Notes: a model not told the origin generated them from the sequence alone. Positions 12,326 through 28,020 are shown, counted from the first letter of the stretch. The stretch is 64,000 nucleotides of DNA from Anthoceros angustus (GCA_010909165.1 MU008169.1:1612001-1676000), one strand, 5' to 3'. A program made the numbers and translations.

Positions 12326-13162
12326 GAGCAACAGCTAGCCGGCTGCCCCAATCTCTTGGTGCGGCGCACTTCTCATTTGCTTCCTGCGTGCCGGCACGGG
12401 AGGCTGCCGGCTAGCGCGATTTCTGTGCATATCCTCCTTCTCAAGCTATCCAAAAAGCCTGCTTCACCATGTGTGCGAGTGATTTCTGATCTGCTGCTGC
12501 CATTGGATCCGGCTCTTTGGCTTCAAGCTTCTGTCACGTTGTTGGTAATTGAGTCAGACAGAGCGGCTTTTGCGTGGATTATACCGGATCCACATCTATT
12601 TCATGTTTGCAAGTTCTCTCCTTTTCTCGTGTTGTCTTTCGCACTGCCTGTGAACCGGGCCGCTTGGGTTTCTCGAACGATGTCTGCTAGGGATTCCAGC
12701 ACTCGAGGTACCTAGCCAGGTAGGTGACGCGGTTTCTGTGTGAATCCTGCTTCTCGCTTCTCCAGCGTCAGATTGCGTGCGACTGATTTCTGATGTCGAG
12801 ACAGAGCAAGCTGCAACTTCTCGATTTCCCTGGATCCGCTCAAGGACCGTGTTCCTTCAGTTCAGTTGACCTGCTCTGCCCGACAGGAAAACTGGGTCCT
12901 TGGGTTTTGCCAACCATATACATCACGTCCAATAGGCGCGAAATTATTCTCAGAGTTCATTCAACATCCATAATCACAATCGTCATCTCATCTTGGGGCC
13001 GTCGCTAATGACACACTCACGACATGAGTTGTTGTCCAAGCACGGTGGTACTCGCAATAGATAGTTGGGCCGCTACAATTACGCAGACAATAGATCTGCG
13101 TAAGGGAACATAATCACAGTTTCTAAGAAATGGCAGTGAGGTGATCTAGCACCCACAAGTTA

Positions 13163-15891
<2,729 letters not shown>

Positions 15892-16776
15892 GCGTCCTCC
15901 TCTGCTGCTGCTGTGGCCGCACTGCATCACTGCCAGTCCACAGCCAGCCGCTCAGAGCTTCAAGGATCCACATCCAGCACCATCACTCTTCCCGCTCCTC
16001 ACCACACCACACTTCCTCTCCTCCCCGAACCGAAGAACGGAAGAATGGCGAATCCCTCCACTCCCCCCGGTAAAACAAGGCTTCCCCACACCACAACCCC
16101 AGTAAAAAGTCAAAATTTCTTCACCCCGCGGTGAAGCGGGGTAAAAACCCTCCGTCACGCAACACCCGCCCCTCCTTCAAATAATTTTAAACCCGTTGCC
16201 GCAACATGCGGGACGAAACCGGGCCGGGGCGGCGGCAGGGCCCGCCCCATCCGACCAGGATCTGCGGCGGGCCCGGGCCAGGGAAGCTCGAAGCCGGGAC
16301 GGGAAGGGAAGGGAAAAGGGAAGGGAAGGAGGCGGCGGAGGCTGGAGAGGCGGCCACCAACAAATTCGCGCCGTCTGCGCATCCATCTCGAGTCCTCCTC
16401 GTGGACATGGATCCTTGTCTCCGCAAATTTGTAGCGGTCTCCACGTGAATCCTCCGTCCCCTCCCTCCATGGTGCCGCCGGGCCTGCATTCGGCTCAGCA
16501 ACACACGCCCACCAGGAGCACCAGCAGCGGCATCAGCAGCATCGGCGAAAGCAGACGCAGAAGCAGAAGAATCAGCAGGCTCGGATTGCTCGACACCAGC
16601 CTTCTCGTCTCCTCCTTCCTGCTGGAAGGAGCGGCCCGTCTTCCCTCGCCGCAGGGACAGACCACGGCAGATCGTTTCCCGGTTCTTGGACGAGACCGCG
16701 GACTCCGGACGCTCCAGAGGTCGGCGCGGGGCGAGAGCGAGCGGGGGGTAGGGATCGGGAGTCCGGACCACCAGAC

Positions 16777-18638
16777 ATGAGCGTGGCGACGATGGTGCCC
16801 GGGGCGGGGGCGGGGAAGTGCGGGAACGGGAATGGGAAGTTTCTGGCGATGGCGGAGCTGCGGAACCGGGTGCTGGCGGCGCTGAACAAGCTGTGCGACC
16901 GGGACACGCAGCAGATCGGGGTGGAGGATCTGGAGAGCATCGCGCAGGGCGTGACGGCGGAGGGGATCGCGGTCTTCCTGGCCTGCCTCTACGACACGGA
17001 CGGGCAGCAGAAGGCGGTGATGCGGCGGGAGTGCGTGCGGCTGCTGGGGAGCCTGGCGGAGCTGCATCCGGAGCTCCTGTCCCCGCACCTCCCTCGCATG
17101 GTGGGAAGCATCGTGCGGCGGCTCAAGGACCCCGACTCCGGGGTGCGCGACGCCTGCGCGGACGCCATGGCCAGCCTCGCGGCCCGGGTCCCGTACCCCG
17201 CCGGGGCGCCGGGGCCGGGAAGCTTCCAGGACATCGCGGGCGTGGCGGCGTCCTCGGCCGCGGTGGGGGTGTACGTGAAGCCGCTGCTGGACGCGCTGGG
17301 GGAGCAGGGCCGGAGCGTGCAGGCCGGGGCTGCGATGTGCCTGGCGCGGGTGGTCCAGGAGAAGGAGAAGCAGGTCCCGACCGGGGTGCTGCAGCGCCTG
17401 GTGCCGCGGGTGGTGAAGCTGATGGGGAGCCCGGTGTTCCAGGCCAGGCCCGCGCTGGTGGGAGTGATGGCGAGCCTGGCGCCGGCGCTCGGGGCCGCCG
17501 GGGTGGCCGGGGTCCCGCTGCTGGCCTCCCTGCCGCTGCTGCCGGAGGGCTGGAGGCGCGGACTGGGCCCTGCGGAAGGCCGCGGCCGACGCTCTGCTGC
17601 GCTTCGCGTGTGCTGGATCCCGCGCTGGTGAGCCCGTTCCGGGCCGCGGTGGCCCCGGCGCTGCAGGCCGCCAGGTTTGATAAGGTGAAGCCGGTGCGGG
17701 ACAGCGTTGCCGAGGCCCTGCGGGTGTGGAACGCGCTGGCCTGTGCCGGAGACGCAGACGCAGACGCAGACGAGGGCCCGGAGGTGTCGTCGCCGGCGCC
17801 GGCGCCGGAGAAGGTCGAGGCCGGTGGCGGAGCTGCGGGAGACGCCGGGGTGAGGAGGCGCAGCCCGGTGTTGAGTGACAGGAAGACGAACCTGGATTTC
17901 TTCAGGAAGCTCGGGGGCGGGAGGAGCGACGGGCAGGAGATCCAGATCGATGTGCGCGCGCCTCCTCCGGGTGCGGGTGCGGGTGCGGGTTCGGAGGTGA
18001 GCCCGGTGGTGCCCGAGATACCGTTGTTTGAGGCAGCCAGGAGGGAGGAGAGCAGGGAGGCGGAACGTACCTTTTATCGGCCGTATGGGGAGGAGAGGGG
18101 GCGGCAGAGCCGGGAGGCTACTGCGGCCTTGCTCTTGTCTTCCGCCTTCTCGCCGGTTGGACACTCCCGGGAGGTGGGGGATGCGGGGCTGTGGAGTCCC
18201 GTGTGTCGGCATCTGCAGGAGATTGAGCGGCAGCAGGCGCAGCTGACGGAGCAGTTTCGGGTGTTCGCTGCGAGCTCGCAGGATCAGATGAGCAGGTTGG
18301 AGGCTGCGCTGTGTCTGCTGGAGAGGGCTGTGCAGCATGTGAGGCGCGATGTTGCGACGGGCCGGTTTGGGGAAGGGCCTAAGGCACGGAGGGAGAGTGG
18401 GAATGGGTTCGGGAGTGAGGGACGGTTCTCGTCTGCGGAAGGGTTGCGGGTGAAGGCGGACGGTGACGAGGAGGAGAGGGAGGTTGATATCAGCGCTTCT
18501 CTGCGCTTCGATGGGCCTGGGAGAGGGATGTGGCAGAGTGCGAATGCGCAAGCTAAGGCTACGGTTGCTGCCATCCGGGGAGCTGGTGTGCAGGGAGACG
18601 GTCTGGAGAGGGAGGTGGGGAAGCTGGATTTGAATTGA
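16777..18638 (+). CDS. TOR1: TORTIFOLIA1/SPIRAL2-like HEAT-repeat microtubule-associated protein; frameshifted near 17545-17615 as given
   Basis: LNKLCDRDTQQIG...LACLYD...RRECVRLL...VRRLKDPDSGVRDAC in frame 1; DWALRKAAADAL in an intermediate frame; RFDKVKPVRDSVAEALRVW and coiled coil LQEIERQQAQL in the final frame. Confidence 0.8.
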
Positions 18639-18981
18639 GTTTAGGGTCAGGATGACAGTCCTGGGTAGACGAACTTTTTCCAAACAACTTGTATAGAAAA
18701 CTCTTGTGTGAGAGAGTGTGCCTGTTTGTGTGTGAGGGCTTTTGACATGCATAGGTATGTGAAAACTTGCATTGCGATCATCAGAGTTCGGATTAGAGGA
18801 ATAAGGACAGTTGAATTGATAACGGCCATATCACCAGTACAAAGTTCGTCCAACAAGACTTCGACCTACAGAGAAGGAAAACTCAAGTGTGGCTGGCGCT
18901 CACCCCGATGCCTAAACATGGATGCCTTTGCGGGGAGGTTGCTTGGCAGCAAAATTTACATGATTCACACCTTGCATCAAA

Positions 18982-20565
18982 GGGGTGCTGCAGCGCCTGG
19001 TGCCGCGGGTGGTGAAGCTGATGGGGAGCCTGGTGTTCCAGGCCAGGCCCGCGCTGGTGGGAGTGATGGCGAGCCTGGCGCCGGCGCTCAGGGCCGCCGG
19101 GTGGCCGGGGTCCCGCTGCTGGCCTCCCTGCCGCTGCTGCCGGAGGGCTGGAGAGCGCGGACTGGGCCCTGCGGAAGGCCGCGGCCGACGCTCTGCTGCG
19201 CTTCGCGTGTGTGCTGGATCCCGCGCTGGTGAGCCCGTTCCGGGCCGCGGTGGCCCCGGCGCTGCAGGCCGCCAGGTTTGATAAGGTGAAGCCGGTGCGG
19301 GACAGCGTTGCCGAGGCCCTGCGGGTGTGGAACGCGCTGGCCTGTGCCGGAGACGCAGACGCAGACGCAGACGAGGGCCCGGAGTGTCGTCGCCGGCGCC
19401 GGAGAAGGTCGAGGCCGGTGGCGGAGCTGCGGGAGACGCCGGGGTGAGGAGGCGCAGCCCGGTGTTGAGTGACAGGAAGACGAACCTGGATTTCTTCAGG
19501 AAGCTCGGGGGCGGGAGCGACGGGCAGGAGATCCAGATCGATGTGCGCGCCTCCTCCGGGTGCGGGTGCGGGTGCGGGTTCGGAGGTGAGCCCGGTGGTG
19601 CCGAGATACCGTTGTTTGAGGCAGCCAGGAGGAGAGAGCAGGGAGGCGGAACGTACCTTTTATCGGCCGTATGGGGAGGAGAGGGGCGGCAGAGCCGGAG
19701 GCTACTGCGGCCTTGCTCTTGTCTTCCGCCTTCTCGCCGGTTGGACACTCCCGGGAGGTGGGGATGCAGGGCTGTGGAGTCCCGTGTGTCGGCATCTGCA
19801 GGAGATTGAGCGGCAGCAGCAGCAGCTGACGGAGCAGTTTCGGGTGTTCGCTGCGAGCTCGCAGGATCAGATGAGCAGGTTGGAGGCTGCGCTGTGTCTG
19901 CTGGAGAGGGCTGTGCAGCATGTGAGGCGCGATGTTGCGACGGGCCGGTTTGGGGAAGGGCCTAAGGCACGGAGGAGAGTGGGAATGGGTTCGGGAGTGA
20001 GGGACGGTTCTCGTCTGCGGAAGGGTTGCGGGTGAAGGCGGACGGTGACGAGGAGGAGAGGGAGGTTGATATCAGCGCTTCTCTGCGCTTCGATGGGCCT
20101 GGGAGAGGGATGTGGCAGAGTGCGCAAGCTAAGGCTACAGTTGCTGCCATCCGGGGAGCTGGTGTGCAGGAGACGGTCTGGAGGGAGGTGGGAAGCTGGA
20201 TTTGAATTGAGTTTAGGGTCAGGATGACAGTCCTGGGTAGACGAACTTTTCCAAACAACTTGTATAGAAAACTCTTGTGTGAGAGAGTGTGCCTGTTTGT
20301 GTGTGAGGGCTTTTGACATGCATAGGTATGTGAAAACTTGCATTGCGATCATCAGAGTTCGGATTAGAGGAATAAGGACAGTTGAATTGATAACGGCCAT
20401 ATCACCAGTACAAAGTTCGTCCAACAAGACTTCGACCTACAGAGAAGGGAAAACTCAAGTGTGGCTGGCGCTCACCCCCGATGCCTAAACATGGATGCCT
20501 TTGCGGGGAGGTTGCTTGGCAGCAAAATTTACATGATTCACACCCTTGCATCAAAGGGGTGCTGC
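18982..20565 (+). repeat. Tandem duplicate (about 1.58 kb) of 17383-18981: 3' part of TOR1-like plus 3' flank; indel-rich, no start codon
   Basis: Near-identical sequence offset by 1599 bp; GGGGTGCTGC at 17383, 18982 and 20556. Confidence 0.92.
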
Positions 20566-20715
20566 GTGCAAAACCATCCCAGACTTCAGTAGTTGGCGGT
20601 GGGAGGGGACGGCGGGTGGTGCCTTACCGCGGGCTCGGGAAAGCTTTGATTGCACCGGGGCAAGGAGGCAAGCGGTTGGTTGTGTTAGGAGCCAGATTGT
20701 GCAATCTGGAGGCTG

Positions 20716-21489
20716 TCAAGATTTGGTACCGCCGAACAAGCCACCAATACTGAAAGTCTCACCAGGTTTCACGATGTTGCCAGGACCAAACGAACCATCT
20801 TTACGGGGATATCCAGCGTACACCGGACGCTTTGGTCTGGAACCAGGGGGAGCAGCATAATCCACGACTATAATTCTCCCGAGCAAGTTCTGCAACCGAT
20901 TAAGCGTTAGACAACTCTGATTGCAAGTGCTCCGGAACCTCTTCAAACGAAAAAAACCCTAATTCAGCAACAGTGTTGAGGGCAAGCCGGCCAAAAATAC
21001 TAACCTGGCCATCCATGGCTTTCTTTGCAGCCTCTGCCTCTGCTTCGGTGCTGTAAGAAACAAAACCGAATCCCTTCCCCCGCCCAGTTTCATGATCGAT
21101 GACAATCCTCGCTGGAGAAGGCACATTCAATTCCGTCAGGGGAGCAGCCACGACACCAGAAACCATGACAAAACTGTGACACGGTCAGTGACATCACCGT
21201 CAGAAATCTCGCCGTAGGGCGAGAAGGCTTTTATCAAATGCTCGTCATTGGTGCCGCTCTTGAGGCCTGCCAAACTCCGGAGCGTCATCAGATGGAGCCC
21301 TCGTCAGGCAAGATCAGCGCCAGCCGCCAGAGCACACCAAGCTTCCTCACCTCCGACATAGAGCTTCTTCCCCGTGGCCATGCCCCTGAGCCCCAGGTGA
21401 CGCGCAGGCACCGAAGCCATCCCGTCGTGCAGCGGCCATCGAGCTACCGACTGCCTGACTGTAGCTCCCACCCTCCCGAACAAAGCCAT
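20716..21489 (-). CDS. Single-RRM RNA-binding protein with mitochondrial-type presequence (GR-RBP/ORRM-like); 4 exons
   Basis: MALFGRVGATVRQSVAR... presequence; RNP2 KKLYVGGL; RNP1 RGKGFGFVSY; NLLGRIIVVDYA. Confidence 0.8.
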
Positions 21490-21891
21490 TGCTTTTCACC
21501 CGCAAGCTCTTGCAACAATCAATATTGCTGCTCCTGGTGCTGCTGTTGTTCCTGCAGTATCAGTAACTGTGAAACATCAACAGCCCCAGCCAGCCCCGTT
21601 CTCCGTCCAGAACTACTGATCCAGAACCCAGACTCAAATTAGGGATCCAAGGTTTAACAATAATATATACATCATGGCCCGATGGATATCCATGCATGCC
21701 CAAATCGCATGCATCCTCCTTGAAGTTTGTTAGGGTGGCACCGTGGCATCCAAAGAGACGGCAGTGCGAATGAGAAGTTCCAGCTGCATCTTTGAAAAGA
21801 GCGATGCAAATGAATAGGTGCAGTTTTCCTCTGCACATGGAGAGGAGGATGTAAACTACATAGGTGGCCTAGAGTGGGTAACGGAGGATCA

Positions 21892-24351
21892 TCAACATAA
21901 TCCGTCAAGATACGCCTGTAGCTCAGAAAGAGTACGAAGACCAATCATGTCTGCATCCTCCTGCGTGTACTCGGAATGAACCAGTAGCAGAATCTGACCG
22001 TGAGCCTCTACGATGTTGGTCTTGATTGGTTTGAACAAGATTGCACGCGTGGAGGAGTTGGGGAGGTAGAGCTTCATCTTGGCCACCGCGAGGGGCAGTT
22101 CATCCTTAAGAGCAGCATCAACTTTCGTTACCAGTTCTGCAACTTTATCTGGAGTTGCAAATGCTTGCTGCTTGAGGACTCTCGCTTCTCCTACTCCCCC
22201 CTTCGCATTTGAAGAGGGAGCCACCTTGATGGCTGTCACTTTTGTGATGAAAGACAGCATGGGCTCCACTGACAACTTTGTCACAAACATGATGAACTGC
22301 TCACAAGTGGCCTTCAATGTCTTCTCCAGCTCATGTTTGGCATCTACCTGGTTCTCCAGCACTCGAGGAGAGAATACCCGCGCAAATGCTAATGCTGACC
22401 TGCTCGTAAAATCAAACATGGAGGCCTGGCCTCGCAAAATCTTCCGGAGATGTTCCAGCAGGTGCGTAAAATCCAGCTCTTTGTGGGTTGCAGAAAATTC
22501 AATCTCAAAAGGGATGATCTGTTCTCGCAGTATCAGCAAGTGCTTGATAAGGAAAAGCTGTCCATCCATTGACGATGCACGCCTTGTGACCAACTTGCTT
22601 GCACGCTGTATCGAGGAAGAGCATATATTCACAGCATCCTGAGCCAGACCGGTAAATATGCCTTGCTCAAGACATCGGTACAGCTTGGAGAGGCATGATA
22701 AGGTCTTCTCCAGTGGTGGATACCAAGCAGCATAAGCTTCCCTGCCATCTTCATCCTCGTGCCCGGCTGCAGCAGCCAAAGCCATAGCTTGCTCCAGTTT
22801 AGCGGGATAGTCAAGATCCTCTGACAGCGGCAGATAGTTTGCAATCTCATCGCGCATGTACGTCTGCGCCCTGAAAGTCAGTCGTTCTTGCACATCTGCC
22901 AGTGTGCGCAAGATTGTTGGTTTCAAGCCTGCAACAGATTCTCCCCGTCGGCTTAACTGCTCTTCTAGCATCTCGCCTTTTAGAATGTCCACCAGTTCAC
23001 ACAGATGATCCAGATCTGCTTCATGAATGAACTTGGGCCTCAAGGTGTCATACAGAGCTGTGCACAACGGCTCAACTAGAGGTATAAGGTTTGAAACCTC
23101 AGAAGAGGACGAAGGGAAAAAGTGATCAAATAGCTGGTGCTCAAGCTGACAAACCTGAATCAGGTACGCACATCCCGATCTGGTCAAGGACGTCAAAGGC
23201 TCGTTCTTGGCATATTCTCCCAACCGTTGAAGCACCACCCCTTGCACCAAAGCCAGACGCTGTTCGCAATAAAGTGTATGACAATCCGCAAGCACTTGAG
23301 CGTACTCTTTCCGAGAGCCTCTGCTTTCAATCTCCTCCATCAAAGGCTTCAAGTCATGAGCTGCAGCTTTAAACCGCACATACAGTACTGACGTCTCCGA
23401 TCCTTCTGCTATGAATGCTTTCCCACTGGCACCCATACTTTCCCTGATAGCCGCTTGCACCTGAGCTGCTCCTGCTCTCAGCACTGACAGAACATGTGAT
23501 CTCACCATTCCCAAGGCCCTGGACTGTAGCTGCCTGAACTTCACAAGGTATGTGCTGGAATCGGCATACTGAGGATTGTTGCTCACGTACGAGATGCATT
23601 CATCCAGTCGCTTCAGAAGCGGCAGGAAGTGCCCACTTGCCACGCTCATGGTAGGTGCATAAAACTGTGTAGCAATTGACTCCAACTCATCGAAGTAGTT
23701 CAGCTTAGTTTTCAGGGCCTCAGCAAACTCCACAAGCCTGTCTTTCTCCATAACCAGCCGCTCACAGGCATCATGCAAAGTCTTCGTCTTAGTAGCCACA
23801 GCTTGATGCTGTGCTTGCAGGTCATCGAATAACCCTAGAGTACTGTCCACATGACCAAGCAACTCATCACATGTCTGCAGATGCCCTGTCAAAGTGTTCA
23901 CATACTGTCTGTATTTCTCCTCAGTCTCCGACTTCATGGCAGCCTCCAGATCCGCGTGCCATTTGTAAAATTGGTGACTATTCACCAAAGCAAGCTCGCT
24001 CAAATCAAAGGTCTGCTGGGAAACGTCCACCAAAGCCGAAGCTTCAAGGGGCCCCGATCCCGGGCCCGGCTTGCTGCTCACACTTCCAGCCAATTGCAAA
24101 TGAGGTGGCACTGGTCTCTCCGCACAAACCTGTCCCAGTAGCGCGATCGCTGCCAACTGCCTTTCCGTCAAAGGCGCAGTCTGCCACACAATACACCACA
24201 ATGAACACTCCGGCTTCCACCTCTGACAACACCAACCTGCAGCCAAGCAAGGATCCAACCATACCTGTTCCCAGGCGGACGCGAAAATGTAACCCTTGGA
24301 AACTGCAGCGGATCGGGGAGCTGCCGGAAGCTGCCCGGGGCTCGCCATCAT
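21892..24351 (-). CDS. COG3: Conserved oligomeric Golgi complex subunit 3 (Sec34); one 84-bp in-frame intron at 24181-24264
   Basis: [12 protein letters not shown]|TAPLTERQ; [12 protein letters not shown]; KLNYFDELE; [10 protein letters not shown]; [19 protein letters not shown]; [17 protein letters not shown]. The intron has a GTATGG donor and TGGCAG acceptor. Confidence 0.95.
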   Translation of the reverse strand: MMASPGQLPAAPRSAAVSKGYIFASAWEQVWLDPCLAAGWCCQRWKPECSLWCIVWQTAPLTERQLAAIALLGQVCAERPVPPHLQLAGSVSSKPGPGSGPLEASALVDVSQQTFDLSELALVNSHQFYKWHADLEAAMKSETEEKYRQYVNTLTGHLQTCDELLGHVDSTLGLFDDLQAQHQAVATKTKTLHDACERLVMEKDRLVEFAEALKTKLNYFDELESIATQFYAPTMSVASGHFLPLLKRLDECISYVSNNPQYADSSTYLVKFRQLQSRALGMVRSHVLSVLRAGAAQVQAAIRESMGASGKAFIAEGSETSVLYVRFKAAAHDLKPLMEEIESRGSRKEYAQVLADCHTLYCEQRLALVQGVVLQRLGEYAKNEPLTSLTRSGCAYLIQVCQLEHQLFDHFFPSSSSEVSNLIPLVEPLCTALYDTLRPKFIHEADLDHLCELVDILKGEMLEEQLSRRGESVAGLKPTILRTLADVQERLTFRAQTYMRDEIANYLPLSEDLDYPAKLEQAMALAAAAGHEDEDGREAYAAWYPPLEKTLSCLSKLYRCLEQGIFTGLAQDAVNICSSSIQRASKLVTRRASSMDGQLFLIKHLLILREQIIPFEIEFSATHKELDFTHLLEHLRKILRGQASMFDFTSRSALAFARVFSPRVLENQVDAKHELEKTLKATCEQFIMFVTKLSVEPMLSFITKVTAIKVAPSSNAKGGVGEARVLKQQAFATPDKVAELVTKVDAALKDELPLAVAKMKLYLPNSSTRAILFKPIKTNIVEAHGQILLLVHSEYTQEDADMIGLRTLSELQAYLDGLC

Positions 24352-25124
24352 CCTCCTCGTTTGGCGTATACTGTAGATCCAACACAGTTGCCTCCAAGTT
24401 GCTCCAACCCTGTGTTTCCGCTCTCGAGGTGGTTTATCGCCAATCTAAGATGTGGCCACGGGCATGGCTTGCTGCGTTTGATGGATCATGGCCTTGCCGA
24501 TAGGGAGATGGAAGCTTTTCCGAGTACAAAGAACTTGTCCTTCAAAAATCCCGAGCTCCAGAACTGGCATCCCATCCGAGTCCTGTTTCAGGGGAGGGCC
24601 TGTCACTTTGATTTCCTGCCCGTCTGTTGTTACATTCAGCTCCCGAGCGGTCTCTGAACTATGGCCCCAGTATGGCAACCGGACTCGTTGTGGACCCAAT
24701 TCGTGTGTGTGCAGAGATTCTACGAGGAGCTCCCGCTCACCGCATCTTAGGGAGACAACCCTGGCAAACAAAGCATGCAGGTGCAGCAGTGTAAGGAGCC
24801 CACCACTTCCACTTCTCAGAAAGTGGGTGGGTAGGGACGGGTTTTCCAGCTATGGTTGTTGCCAGGAGCAGGAGCACTTGTGGCAGCAATTTTGTTCTGG
24901 ACCCTACCATTTGGTGGGACAACAGACGAGATATGAGGAGCTCCCGTGCGCCTGACTTCCGGCGTAGGGGGTCCGGCGAGGTGCTGTGGTTGAAGGGCCT
25001 GTTTGAGCTAGCTTGGGTTGATGAGCAGCTCGTTTCCTTGGATCTGCAAATGGGTCTTGGTGCCGCTCCTTCCAAGGCGAGCTGTCCGAATAGTCCTGAA
25101 CTTGGCGGGAGTGAAGGATCGGGA

Positions 25125-26612
25125 ATGGGCGTGGTAACGGCTGTAACCGTGAGCGCGCTATGTCAGCAGGGGAAGCTCTCTGAGGCCATTGGGGCCCTGG
25201 AATCTCTGGCGCAGACAAACTCTGGTTTTTTTCAGTCTCTGTTCTACACAGGCTAAAACTGTGTGCAGCTAAGAAGGATTGGTTCATGACCTCACTGTCA
25301 AACTTGGGAACGAGTCGGATGCATACTTGGGGAATCATATCTTGCGCATGTATGCATATGGGGGTAGGCTGTAGGAGGCCATGGATGTGTTCACCAGGGT
25401 TGGCAAACCAAATGTCTTCATGTGGTTCTTCATAATCTCTGCGCATGCTAAGCACGGGAAATCTGAGGAGGCCATACAACTGTACCATGAGACGCGCAGG
25501 TCAGGAGTGAAGGCGGATGCTCACGTCTTTGTAGCTGCCCTTCGAGCTTGTGCATTAGCCGCCGACTTGGAATCTGGCAGAAAAGTGCACTGTGATGTGG
25601 TGCAGAGTGACGTTTGTTTTAACTTGTTTGTTGGCAGCTGCCTGGTGGACATGTATGCAAAATGTGGCGAACTGAAACATCCACGCCAGGTTTCTGACAG
25701 CATGGCCACAAAGGATGTGGTGACATGGACGGTGCTGATGGCTGGGTATTCCCAGCAAGGACTTGGACATGAGGCGCCTGTTGTGTATGGACAAATGGAG
25801 GAGGTGGGCCTCATTTTGGCTGACCATGTTACTTTTTCTTGCCTTCTGAAGGCCTGTGCAAGCACTGGCACCTTGCAGAAGGGCAGGCAGCTGCACTCAC
25901 AGATTGTTGAAAGAGGACTGCTGGATGACATACAGGTGGGCACCTGCCTGGCGGACATGTATGCAACATGTGGTGAACTGGAAGATGCACGCCAGGTTTT
26001 TGAAAGCATGAACACAAAGAATGTGGTGACATGGAATACCCTGATCGCCGGGTATGCACAGCAAGGGCTCGGACATGAAGCGCTTGTAGGTATGGACAAA
26101 TGGAGCAGGAGGGGCTGATTCTAGCTAACCATGTTACTTTTGCTTGCCTTCTGAAGACCTGTGGAAGCACTGGCGCCTGACAAAAGGCCAGGACGCTGCA
26201 CTCACAGATTGTTGAAGAGGATTGGTGGATGACGTAGTGGTGTGCACCTGCCTGGTGGACATGTATGCAACAGAAGGTACATCGATTTCTGGTCGGAGAA
26301 AGGAGACAGGGATATTGCTATTATGGTAGAACGCACGAATGCACGTCTGAAGCAGGAAGCAGGCCATTTGCCTCACACAAAGTTGGTGTTGAAGCCTCTG
26401 TGTGAGAAGGAAAAACAAGATTTGCTTTGTAGACACGCTGAGAAACTAGCTCTGGCGTTAGTCTCTTGAACTCTCCGACTGGAACACCTCTGATGGTGCC
26501 GAAGAATCTACGCATGTGCCGTGATTGCCACAGGTCCACGGAGGTCATGCCAAGGCTTGAACAAACAGACTTTGTTGTAAGGGATTGTTGCAGTTGTCAG
26601 GGTCGGCCGTGA
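25125..26612 (+). pseudogene. Degenerate PLS-PPR gene ending in a GRP-type (DYW:KP class) deaminase remnant
   Basis: PPR motifs broken by stops and frameshifts; KVHRFLVGE...LLCRHAEKLALA, a frameshift, then KNLRMCRDCH...VVRDCCSCQGRP* (TGA 26610-26612). Confidence 0.85.
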
Positions 26613-26894
26613 GAAACATTAAAGAGGTCGCCAGTGCTCAACACGGCCATTGATGGCTGACATTGACCACGTCTCATCACAATATAGATAACCAGAATTG
26701 GACAAATCTTCCTCTTTCTGGACAGCCTTGTAGTTGAATAACGTGTTTAACCTCAAAATGTGATTCTGATAGAAGGTCCTGTTCAGAATCAGCTGGCGTT
26801 TCTTCCTCGGCCACTCGGCGGGCCCAGTTTGAAAGGGTTTCTTTATTTAGGCATGGCTGAGGTGGAATAGTGGGAGATGTATCGAAATTTAATG

Positions 26895-27088
26895 AAAATT
26901 TTGTATAATAACTTGTATATAATATTACTTTTATATGTGATCCCTCTTAACACATGCACATCTCTTCATTAAAAAGGATATCTGGGGAATTATAAATATC
27001 TCAATAGTTCTAAATTTTAGGTAAATTTCTCAATGATCAAGACTTTACATTCTTCATTGTTACACATTCATCAAGCAATGTCATTTTA
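26895..27088 (+). repeat. AT-rich dispersed repeat with a diverged direct copy at about 30150-30357
   Basis: Shared TATTACTTTTATATGTG...CTCTTAACACATGCACATCTCTTCA...ATTATAAATAT...AATAGTTCTAAA...CATTCATC(A/G)AGCAATGTCAT. Confidence 0.75.
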
Positions 27089-27281
27089 ATTAAATTTTTA
27101 TTTTCTTGAGGGAAAACAGGATGGGGAAAAACCCATCCAGCACAGGACAATGCAAGTGGACCTCGGGGGTCAGGGTGAAAAAGAGCGACTAAGCCCTCAC
27201 CTAAAGTTACCTACTACTCCTAGAACATTATATGCAGGAACCCCAACGAGGATTCTTGGATAGCTGTACAGGAGACCATTT

Positions 27282-27423
27282 AATATTCTTGAACACACAA
27301 ACACATCAGTTAGTGGACAAGTCACAAACCCAACCCAACATGGATATCGCCGAATATTCTTGAACACACAAACACATCAGTTAGTGGACAAGTCACAAAC
27401 CCAACCCAACATGGATATCGCCG
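27282..27423 (+). repeat. 71-bp perfect tandem duplication
   Basis: AATATTCTTGAACACACAAAC...GGATATCGCCG twice, starting at 27282 and 27353. Confidence 0.9.
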
Positions 27424-27499
27424 CCCGGATTCCTTCTCTCCGGGAGATTAGGTCCTCCTCTCTACCCGATATCTTCCCCCATCCTTGGCTCCGACAGTG

Positions 27500-28020
27500 G
27501 TGCTCTCGCCGATCGTTGGATCGGCCCCTTCCCTGTCCTCGTAGCAATTGGCCTAGCCTTGTTGCCTATCGCCTAGCCCTCCCCCCTGATTATCGACGTT
27601 ATAATGTCTTCCATATTTCCCTACTCAAATGCTACCATGGACCCCCGCCGCCTCGCCCACCTGCTGTCCTCACTTTCCCTCACCTTGTTGCCTATCGCCT
27701 AGCCCTCCCCCCTGATTATCGACGTTATAATGTCTTCCATATTTCCCTACTCAAATGCTATCATGGACCCCGCCGCCCGCCCGCCGTCTCCTCACTTTCC
27801 CTCACCTTGTTGCCTATCGCCTAGCCCTCCCCCCTGATTATCGACGTTATAATGTCTTCCATATTTCCCTACTCAAATGCTATCATGGACCCCCGCCGCC
27901 TCGCCCACCTACTGTCCTCACTTTCCCTCACCTGGAATATGAAGTTGAACACATCCTCCATCACCGTATCCGCCGACACCGCACCAAATATCTTGTCCTT
28001 TAGCGTGGCTTCTGAACATG
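27500..28020 (+). mobile_element. Ty3/gypsy chromovirus integrase C-terminal remnant (GPY/F motif and chromodomain) with a triplicated segment of about 124 bp
   Basis: RWIGPFPV; LVAYRLALPPDYRRYNVFHISLLKCYHG three times (27557, 27683, 27805); EYEVEHILHHRIRRHRTKYLVL*RGF, with a stop at the conserved Trp. Confidence 0.85.

Noticed and set aside
16818-18752. Long overlapping ORFs (606 aa on +, 587 aa on -) as separate genes
   Set aside because: These are shadow frames of GC-rich TOR1-like coding DNA; the 606-aa frame is meaningful only after the frameshift.
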